Origin: Octopus sinensis | Taxonomy: Eukaryota | Reading direction: 5' to 3' | DNA: 64,000 nt | Assembly (NCBI RefSeq): GCF_006345805.1 | Contig: NC_043003.1 | Span: 35,092,001-35,156,000, forward strand | Shown here: positions 52,987-64,000 of the stretch, in pieces | How positions within the stretch are numbered: the first letter of the stretch is position 1 | Layout: every line of letters begins with the position of its first letter | Notes under the pieces: generated by a model | Databases searched by the model: none | What the model was told of the DNA's origin: nothing | Seen by the model: the letters and a program-made list of their open reading frames with translations, nothing else | Translations under genes and position numbers: made by a program

Positions 52987-54552
52987 CATTATTAAAATAA
53001 TATGCGTTTATAGATATAAATTTGTCATTCATTTGAAAGGTGCTCTCACATGGCTAAAAGTTGTCTTGACTCTTACTTCTAGCAATGCTGGTGCTTACTA
53101 GTACCCTCAAATATTACATTCATGGCGACTTCTCCAGCTTAAATCATTAACTGTTTTATTTCTACGATTATAAATAGGAAAAACGCCTTTTACTTACCAA
53201 ACTGTCGTTATGCAGAGCAGACCTAAAAATGATGTATATATCTTATACCGCGTGGAATCTCGCAAACACTTACATGGCTGAAATTAATAATGACGCCACC
53301 GACAAAACAGCATTACAGCACCAGTGAGTTATCTAAGAAAGCATAAGAACTTCTTACAGTTTACTTGAAGTCTACCCCATACACACGTGCGGGTGCCCAT
53401 TTAGACCTAATCTATGTAAAGGATAACTCAGTAACATGCTCGCATATAAATAAAGAGATATAGAGAGACTAGAATTGAGAGAAACCCTTTTTCAAAGTGA
53501 TTTCCGTTGAGCGGTGCATTACTGAGTTATCTCTTACGTAGATTCATCAGAAATGCCGTTATTATTTTTATGTAGTTTACTTTCAGGCTTGCTTGAACCG
53601 ACCAATGATCAAATGTATTTTGAACATGACAATCCCTGTTTATATTTGTTTAAGATGTTAAGGCTTCGCTTGAAGGAGATTTAAGCGATATATTTAACTG
53701 TTTGAATGACCACACATCAGATTTCATCGTTGACACTTTCACAAAATATAATAAATATTTCTCGCAGTGTTGTGTTTTCCTGAGTAAATGAAGAACAGTG
53801 AGAAAAGTAATTTCGAAATCATTGTCATTAGCATTTCAAAATTATTTAAACAATGATGTAGCTGTTTTAGCCTTTGTATTTGAACTTTCATATATATCAC
53901 TAAAACCAAATTTTAACTAAATCACTTCTTTTTTTCCTCTTCTTTTCTCTACTCACTAAAAGCGAGAAAAACCAATATAATTCTCAAAAATTAGCTGGAA
54001 TGTTGACATTTGTGTTTGGTTTTGCAAAGAGAGAGTTCAATTCTATGCACATATAGAACTGCATACTAAATATAAGTCGAGTGCATATATTGGATATGCA
54101 AACAAAGTGTAACACTTTCAGTAAGTTAAGCAAATATATACTTAGATCAAAAGTATACTTGCTCTAGATTCAAAGCCGTATTAAACATACGAATTTCCTA
54201 CTTCACTTTTAAGCTGAAGCTTGCATAAAGACAAGTGCTTAACATTTTAGGCACAAATGTATGTGTATATATGAATGTATGAATATATGCACACACACAC
54301 ATACCCACATATACATACATATATGTGTGTGTGCATATGTTTGTATCTGCGTCTATGTGTGTTACGTATGTGTTCACTATACATATCGTATATACGCATA
54401 AAAGCAAATACAGTTGTTTATATCAGCACTATATGGGGCCTGACTACGTCATAGAATAATTTCCCTGAAACAACGTCCCCTGTGAGAGACATCAAAATGT
54501 GTTCATTTAAAGGCATGCAAATACAAATATTAACATGTTAACAGATCTAAGG

Positions 54553-54617
<65 letters not shown>

Positions 54618-55267
54618 TAGAACACCACCATCTATACTAGCTCATCAGTTTAAATTGCGTTGCGCAGTGTGGATTTTCTTGAAGGTGGAACAGATTTTCA
54701 ATCTAATGATTTCTGGTAGGCACCTCTGTGTATCTTACTGCTTGAAAAATATAGTACGCTACGCAAAGCTGTCGCAAGACTTTCAGCAATAAGCAGAGTC
54801 TGAAAGAACTGATCTAACTCTATATTTGTTAAAAGACTCTGCTTGTAAAAGTTTTATATAAAAGTAGTTTGACGTTTGCTAGTCAATGAACCGAGTTTAC
54901 CCTTTTGTTTTTATAGTCTGATCGAAATATTTCATTTATATTGTAAATTCTGAAGAGAATGTTATATGGCCCCCACCCTTTTTATCATACATCTGAGAAC
55001 TTTTGTTTGAAAAATAAAAATATTTGTCTTGACTTAACGGCACTCCTTAAATTAATATTGCTCCGCAATAAAATGCCGATAGTAATGGTTCCTTTTGATC
55101 AATTATCGTCAAACCGTTATCAGTGATGATAACGGGATATTCATTCTTTAACCGTGTGGTATTTATTAGCGTATCTGCAAATCTGAGCAGGAATCATATT
55201 ATCGTCATCTAAAATAGCTCTTAATATGAGTTCGAAGGTGACAAGCCGGCAGAACTGTTTGCACGCC

Positions 55268-55495
55268 GGCGAGCTGGCAGAAACGTTAGCACGCCGGGTG
55301 AAATGCTTAGCGGTATTTCGTCTGCCGTTACGTTCTGAGTTCAAATTCCGCCGAGGTCGACTTTGCCTTTCATCCCTTCGGGGTCGATTAAATAAGTACT
55401 AGTTACGCACTGGGGTCGATATAATCGACTTAATCCGTTTGTCTGTCCTTGTTTGTCCTCTCTGTGTTTAGTCCCTTGCGGGTAGTAAATAAATA
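55268..55495 (+). mobile_element. tRNA-derived SINE, family B, well-preserved copy
   Basis: A-box-like TGGCAGAAACGTTAG (55275-55289) and B-box-like GTTCAAATTCC (55339-55349), then GAGGTCGACTTTGCCTTTCATCC...AATAAGTACTAG...CTGGGGTCGAT; homologous segments recur at several other loci in the window. Confidence 0.9.
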
Positions 55496-55496
55496 C

Positions 55497-55665
55497 GCAT
55501 TTCGTCCGTCTTTACGTGCTGAGGCAAAATTCTGCCGTCGCCGATTTTGCCTTTTATCTCGTCATGGTAGATAAAATATGTACCAGCTGAGCACTGAAGT
55601 CGACGTAATCGACTTACCTCTTCCCCAATTTTGCGGGCCTTCTGACAAAATTTGAAATCAATATT
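55497..55665 (+). mobile_element. SINE family B, older headless copy
   Basis: CATTTCGTCCGTCTTTACG...GATAAAATATGTACCAGCTGAGCACTGAAGTCGACGTAATCGACTTACC...AAAATTTGAAATCAATA is colinear with other family B copies but more diverged. Confidence 0.75.
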
Positions 55666-55675
55666 TGGTTTAATT

Positions 55676-55915
55676 AGAGCGATGAGCTCGCAGAATCGTT
55701 AGCACGACAGGCAAAATGTTTAACGGAATTTCGTTCGTCTTTGTGCTCTGAGTTCAAATTTTGCCGAAGTTGACTTTACCTTTCAGCCTTTCAGGGTCGA
55801 TAAAATAAGTAGCAGCTGAGCATCAGTGCTCAACTGCTATTTATTTTAACGACCCTGAAATCGACTTACCCGTCCCCTGAATTTGCTGGCATTGTGCCAA
55901 AATTTAAATCAATTT
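55676..55915 (+). mobile_element. SINE family B copy carrying an internal inverted duplication
   Basis: GAGCTCGCAGAATCGTTAGCAC...CTGAGTTCAAATTTTGCCGAAGTTGACTTTACC...TCGACTTACCC...TTGTGCCAAAATTT; 34-bp fold-back at 55789-55860. Confidence 0.85.
55789..55860. repeat. 34-bp fold-back inverted duplication, 4-nt loop
   Basis: 55789-55822 pairs with 55827-55860: 31 Watson-Crick pairs, one G-T and two mismatches. Confidence 0.95.
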
Positions 55916-58900
55916 TAGTTTCATCGATGTTGCACAAGAACAAAATATTATGAAGAATGCAAGAAATAGCTGTGGCTATAATGCCTTTCTCAAAGCCTTT
56001 CCTGACATATATGATAGAAAATAGCTTCAATTACGTCTAGAATCCCGGTCATTGACTAGAAGTTCATATCTTACTCTACTGCATTAAACAGTAGTTTCTT
56101 AATATTAAAGCTCTTCCTTGCCGCTGTCCTCGTTGACATCCTATTTATTCTCGGTTTATTTCTCCTCTTCTTAAATTGGGCAGTAACTCTGTAATCATTA
56201 TTACATTACGGGAAATCAAGGTAAATGGTTCTATTTATTTTATTCAACTGATTTATATGTGTATTTATTCCATTATGTATTTATTTGGTTATTCAGTACA
56301 GGCGAAATAGGGGTTGTTGAAAGAATGCTTTCGATATTCTTATTTTGCCGACAGCATCGAGAAGGAAATGCTGCCATGTAGATTTACTGTATAAATGAAG
56401 TCAAAAGGCAATGTAATGAAGAATGCGTCTATGGTGATATTGCAGTGTAATGTAAAGTGCAGGGTGTTGGTAGGGAAATAATGTTAAACAGTAACCGGAT
56501 ATATAAAGATTGACCAACCGAACTATGATTGATGGCAGATTGATGGATTACTGAAGAACAGTAATATTTCATTGATTACTTATTTGCTGTTTGAAACTGA
56601 CTAGTTATCTTGAGTGAGATAATTGAATATTGTTGTGGCAACCAGAGGAAAGAAAATTTCCATCCTTCCCTTCGCTCTCTAGCCAGCAAACCAGACGTTG
56701 TTGACATAATTACAAACCGTTTTGCACGGGGCGAGAGATGTAATTTATTGACAAGAGAAAAATCTTAAACAAATTTAGGACATACCGTAAAGAAAACACA
56801 AATACACATACAAACACACACACTCCCCTTCTCTCCCTCTCTCACTCAGGCACACATAAACACACACACACACACACACACAGAGACACACACACACGCA
56901 CAGGCACACACAAGCAGAAAAACAAATGCTTGCGAGGATACAAAGAAACAAAACATAAGGAAACATACAGACAAGCACACATATCTATGTTATTTTTTTG
57001 TTCGGATGTGAGTTCATGTATGTATATATATATGCTCGAATGCGTGTGTGTATTTGTGCGCGTATGTATATGTGCACTTGGGTCTGTGTGTATGTTTGTG
57101 AATACAAACATACGCACACATTCATGCGCAGATAAAATAACCATTCAGATACAGTGATTCAGAGGAGAAGTAAAAAGAGAAGCGATACAGAAAGAGTAAT
57201 AGAAAACGAGAGAGAGAGAGAGAGAGAGAGACGATATAAGCACACAAAGTATTCGTGTTTACGTTAATGAAGGTCCAAATACGGAGAAAGGAGATGGAAG
57301 AGTGGAAACGACACAAATATAATCGCATCCGATGGTGGGCGAGGGAAAGAAATTTTAATGCGCGTACGCTTACACAGAGAGATAAGGAATTATTCAAGGA
57401 AAGAATGGGCGAAACAAAAGACACACACAGACACACAGAACCGAAGAAAATTTCACACGTTCTCAAAAACTTATACACATTTTATACATTTTTCTAAGAA
57501 TGCTTAGCAGGAAGAGGTAAATCAATTTAAAAATCAAGATTTATTTTATTTTATAGTTCTGATTTACTTAATTTATACTGCTCGGTTGGTAACTCAGTTT
57601 AAAGTAGAAATTACTTTCGAATTATAGTGAAAAAAAATTCAAAGCGGTCTAACGAAATAAATTAATATAATGAATAAAATTGGTTTAGTTTGATTTGACT
57701 GTAGTTTAAATTTCGTTTGACTTATCGCGCTTTATATCTCATTTCCTACAAAGAAAATTTAGTTGTACATTTTGTTGTTTTGAATAGTTTTCTCATAGAG
57801 TAAATTTCATGCTATGTTTCTATAACAATCCTCCTACGCTGTGCAGCAAAATACAAAGCTCTTCCTTCTTAGTGGTAAACAATTCAATGAATTCACTACA
57901 ATCACAGCACGGTGACAATTTATGTACATACATACATGCGTCCATACATGTGGGTGTGTTTATGTGTGTTTGTGTATGTGTGTGAAACCCTTGGTGTACT
58001 TGCTAAAATATAAGCACCAACACAAATGCATTCGCACGTGTAAAATCAGAATGCATACACTACATCACACAGACGTGGAGGAGAGGGAAATGTGCCTACC
58101 ACACGAAAAGGGTGGTATTATCATCTCGACTGAGACATGTTTGATTATATATCTGCTATCCAGTCTTTTCAGGAGAATATAAAATTACGTTATCTAGTGA
58201 GGCCCCGAACACTTTAACTGTGCCTAATGAAGGATTGGTTGCATTCTTTGCAGATCGAGTGATCCCATACAGGCTTCCCATTTAGACAGATGTGTGTATA
58301 TTTCTTAGAGAAGAATGACCGGGATAAAATATCCAGTGCACCTACTGCGATAAAAACTAATTGTAATGTGAGGGTTAACGTCCGTTGTAAAAATGAACAT
58401 TTAAATTAATAAAAAAATTCTTCACTACCTGTATACAACATATGTCACGCCGAGGCCGAAAATCTCAGAAATGACAATCTGCAATCTTGTTTCGATATAG
58501 AGCGAAAATAAAAACAGTACATATATATCAAATGTTATACTTTAATGTTGCCTGTTTTAAAATCGTATCTGATCCTTGGGTGTCTATATTAAAGCTCACT
58601 ATGTTACAAGTACTTGTACGAGATTATTTGTTGGACGAAATTCCTTTTCTTCCTATCACTAGTTTAGAATCTCTCAAAAATTCGTCGTTTATGGATACGT
58701 TTATAGTGCTTTTCTCCCCTGACTAAGAGTTAGAATGTGAATGAAGTAATTATAAGATTTATTAATCTAATAACTATGCGAAAGTATACGGAAATAACCT
58801 GAATGTGTACTTGTATATCTTGTATATGCGTGGATAAACGCGTTTACATTTATTGTTTCTTTCGGTTAAAAATAGCTCTGGAAATCATACATGTTCATAA

Positions 58901-59901
58901 TTATGTATAACATATCTTAATGTGAGGACAGCTAATAACACATACTAGGTCATAAGATGTAAAAAAAAGTGTGACAGAATCTCTGACAGAACTGATATAA
59001 GAAAATAAAGCATCCAGGTATTGAAGTATATTGAAGTAAATTTACATTAAATATTAACTGCGTTGACTCCACAGAAATGAACACTGTTAAAATTTACCTT
59101 GAACTTCTTTATCATGGAGTATGAAAGTAAAACACAAGTGATGGGTGGTTTCCTAATAGTAGAATTTTTTAAGTGTTTAGTGGAGTAAGACAAGGTGAGA
59201 TTCAGATAAGGCGTTATGTAAATAAGAATAGAATCGGTTGTAATAATATAAAAGAGGACACCGGGTGGAGGGAAGTGCGTATGTTATCTGAGATTTGTTA
59301 CGTGTTATGAGTTAGTTTGTGCCATTCACCTTATTCTCAAAGAGTAATAATTAGTATTTGCCAATTTGAATACATTCCCTTTTTCGATTTATTTCATAAA
59401 ATTCACATATGTACGCCTGTGCAAATATGCTTCCTATAGTAGATACTTTTACACATATACATACACATTCGTGCGAATATATGTTTCTGTGTGCGTGCGT
59501 GTGTGTGTGTGTGAGAGAGAGAGAGAGTATGTGTGTGAGTGAGAGAGAGAGAGAGAGAGAGAGAGTATATGTGTGAGTGAGTGTGTGTGATATACATCTT
59601 TCTCACCCTTTCTCTCGCATACTTGATATATGTATATCTGTGAATGACTGTGTATGCATATATATTCATGTATATTTCTATAAACAGGTGGCGTTTGATC
59701 TAAAGTTAATACAATGGTGTCAGTTTTACTGGTCATTCTCTTACGGATATGCAGCTTAATAATTTCTACCTTAAAGTGTTTTGTTAGCTGGATTAGCTTT
59801 TTCAAATCAATAAGCAATATAAGAGAAATCATTTTACCGCCACACCTGGGCAAAAGCTTACCTGTAGTCATCAACTGTCGTATACATACACATACGCTCT
59901 C

Positions 59902-60665
<764 letters not shown>

Positions 60666-63600
60666 ACAAACAATCAAACATACACACAAGAATCGTGGGA
60701 AGTTTATGAGTTCTTACTGGAATCCTACATAATAGCAATATTCTATGTTTGCACTCATAAAAACACAAGCATTCACATACACACACACATATGCTTATTT
60801 ATTTATAATATATATACGTATGGCATGTCACATGTGGCAGATACATCTGCGCCAGTAATACCAAAGCTCCAATATACAAATTTAATCACTCTCTTCCCTC
60901 GCCTGTGTTCGTTGCGCAAGTTCTTGGTGACGATTCGGCATGCCAGAGGCGAAAAAGACAAGCATACACGCAAAAGCAGACATGAACGCGTGCGCGAAAT
61001 GGGATATTTATTTATTTATTTATTTCATTTTATTGATGTCACTACTCCATCACGCTTCCTTGCCTTCTGGTAAAGTCCACCGGACCCGGACACACAGTGG
61101 CTTAATCGGCTTTGACAAACTTCTTATTCGTTGTACACAGGGAAAAACCTTTCACATCACAAAGAATGAATGACTTTTATTTCACTCAGGCTTGTTTTGA
61201 TTTCTTCTTGCTTGCTGCAGTTGTTACGATTGCCAGCATCACTACTACTACTACTACTACTACTATCAATTCCAGTACATCATAAATAACACGAGTAACT
61301 ACAATCCTCAGTTCCATTGCATTTTACATATTTTCAATTGAATATGTATAAGGATTTTTAAACACAGACACCTGGCCTCCATGATATACTGGAGAAGGCG
61401 TATTGTCGATTTAATCCAGCTCAGTACGTAACTGGTACTTATTCATAATGGAAAGGTGAAAGGGAAAAAAAATCGATCCTAGTATGACATCAAATCTATA
61501 TGAACAAATATAAATAATTATCTAAAAAATTATTTTTGAGTTATTCTACAAATCTTGCTGCGCCCGAAAACACTACTGACCCAACGAACAAAGTAATCAA
61601 TTCATTCATCAAGAGCTATAACACATGGTGAAATACCATCATTACGACTATCAACTTATCCACTACTGACACCTCTAGCTGTATCTCTGTCGAAATGATC
61701 TTCTCCAGCGCCACAAGCGTTTTATTTATCGCTAAAGTCACTCTATCACCGATGCCATGACATGAAACTCCACCAACAGTGCATTCTTTCCCACGAATAT
61801 TATATGCATCTTCACCGCCATATCCGGCCCACTTGTGTTATCAAAACTTCCCCGAAAGCCATCACGTATCTGCAAAGAATATCACGAGTGAACTAGTGAG
61901 TCTTTACTTAAGCACTCACCGTTCGAGAAAGAGCAGTCAAATTTGCTTTAAATTATAACCTACCAGCTTGAAAAGAAAAAAAAAAACATATTGAATAGTG
62001 CGGTTCTTTATAAACATTGCCCTGAAAGAAAAAAAAGGAAAACAAAAGAGGTGGTGGTAAAGAAAACAGATGGGATATAAACAGCTGGAACACCTTTGAT
62101 CATTGATCTGCTCGGTCAGGATTAACTTGAGGCTAAACAGGAACAACACATCATTAACAAAAATAGTAAAAATAACAATTACAAAAAAAATCGATTGCGA
62201 ACTTGCAAACATTACAAATGCACACTGAACATGAACTTATTTAAAATGATAACACTACCAGCAAAAGAATAGGACAAAGTTTGTTATCAGTGTTTCTAAC
62301 TGCTTAAATAAATAAAAAAGTTACTAATATTTCCTTTATTGAAGAACTTTAAAAACTAAACGAATATGAATAAATAATATTATCACGTCAATCATCACAT
62401 CAAGCTGTTGTATGATTAATTTGACCTATGTAATAACACATGTTCCTCTTCATTCAGTAATATGTTAGATTTTTATGGGCAGGTTCCATAGTGTCTTGTA
62501 ACTTTTAGTTTGTATCATATCCTTTGATTCGTGTTCATACTGCCTTTATGTTACTTTAAATCCTCTCTCTCGACTAATATCCCGATGCATTTTTTTTACA
62601 GGGACACTCATGCCTATGCTTATACTCTTTTTGCGCTAGTATACTGCATTCAGTTAAATATTCTGTTTACTTTCCTGCAATTTAGGCGTTTTCTCTCTGA
62701 TTTTTGTCAATCTTTACCTAAATCAGATTCACTTAAATTTATAGTTCCTGATAGGCTAAGGAAAAAATAAAATCCACCGAAGTAGACTTTGTCTTTCATT
62801 CTTACGGAATGATTAAAAGTAATTCACAGCTATCAACAACACTATTGCCATCAGAATAACATTTGAATCAACGTGAACCAAGCTGGAAGTCTCTATGATA
62901 TCGCTTAACTTATTAGAAATATTAGAAATATTTTAGAATTTTCCTCTCAAATTACACGTGCCACAATAAAATAATTGATAGGTAAACATGTTAGATAACA
63001 AAGAAACGGGACAATTAAAGTGACCGATGGCAACTACTAAGTTGACTCTTTATAGTTATAAGAAATCGCATGTAGGCAGGTGGTAAATAACAACAATGAG
63101 AACAAAAATAAACAATAATTCAGAATGCAATTACATTCAATACCATTCATTATGACTAAGACAACTATCATCATCATCATCATCATCATCATCAGTTATC
63201 AAAACCCAATTTTATTTCCAGTGTTGGAAAATCCCTCATCCCTTACCCTCTTGCATATTCATCAATCTCCCGGCAATCTTCAAGTCTGAATTAGTCCCCT
63301 TCATGAAACATATCCTTCTTCCCTGGGAATAGTGAAGACGAATACGATGTCGTAGCATCACTTGAGGCTATAACACAGCTACGAATGCAAAATTTAGAGA
63401 AACGTGCATAATACTCCGAACGATTATATAAACGAGTTCAACGAATGGTCCGGCTACTCATTTGAATATCAAATTTATTTGGTGTTGCTTTAAGTCAGGA
63501 TAATCTTATGTTTATTGGGAATCACTCTATTTATATTGTATTTACTAGCTCATCGCCTTATGTCAAACGAGCCACCCCTTCAACGTATCTGTGTGTAGAT

Positions 63601-64000
63601 CTTCCTAAAAATTTTCAGTAACAATAGAAATTAGAGAAAAAAAACTGAAACGGTTTTATTATGTTAAACAAAATCTATCATCGTTATATTTTTATACCGA
63701 TATATAGCTGCAGATAAGCTTCTATGTATTTACCTAATGTAAATACAACGAGAAAGATGAATATACAGCTGCATGCGTCCGGGGGTAATATCTCTTAAAA
63801 ACGTGCTGTGTTTGAAAATGTGATATCTATCAGAGCGTAGACGAAAATCTTCCCGGCAGCAGCTAGTGAAGACGCTAGATGCATTCTGACACGTTGAGAT
63901 TTCATAATAGCGTGTACCCACAGATAACCGCAAATTTAGTTAGTTGCCGCCGATATATAGAAAATCAGTGAATAATTGAACAATGTTCGACTCCATCCAA

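Noticed and set aside
42148-53222. Minus-strand short exon candidates 42148-42189 and 53198-53222 with strong donors
   Set aside because: GTAAGT/GTAAGA donors occur on both strands without obvious bias in this window, and peptides are unrecognisable; cannot be separated from background without RNA data.
58173-58258. GEYKITLSSEAPNTLTV, reminiscent of an Ig or filamin strand
   Set aside because: No cysteine or tryptophan landmarks; weak donor; single short match.
61690-61875. Minus-strand Gly-rich open frames (HKWAGYGGEDAYNIRG...)
   Set aside because: Lies in decayed CAC/CAT-type low-complexity sequence where several frames stay open; no splice-consistent model.

Overview
AT-rich (roughly one third GC by eye), microsatellite-saturated animal DNA with no prokaryotic features, no CRISPR array, no rRNA or tRNA gene and no protein-coding gene I can name. 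The retroposon sequences match those I associate with Octopus genomes; this taxon call is an inference from recall, not a search. Nearly all ORFs in the supplied track are translations of simple repeats. Supported content: (i) two tRNA-headed SINE families (A and B) in many copies; (ii) a decayed R4/Dong-clade LINE (RT to CCHC knuckle, minus strand, about 34.3-35.5 kb); (iii) a ~120-bp structured element embedded in (TA)n, in two copies; (iv) a ~0.93-kb tandem duplication with microsatellite breakpoints; (v) many micro- and minisatellites. The most unusual structures are a 26-bp perfect inverted repeat at 41553-41690 that places an acceptor and a GTAAGT donor around a 103-nt all-frames-closed segment on both strands, a 34-bp fold-back inside a SINE copy (55789-55860), and a hairpin module shared by the two SINE families. 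Several short splice-flanked open segments could be exons of a long-intron gene, but none translates to a family I recognise and such site pairs arise by chance in this composition. They are given only as low-confidence leads.
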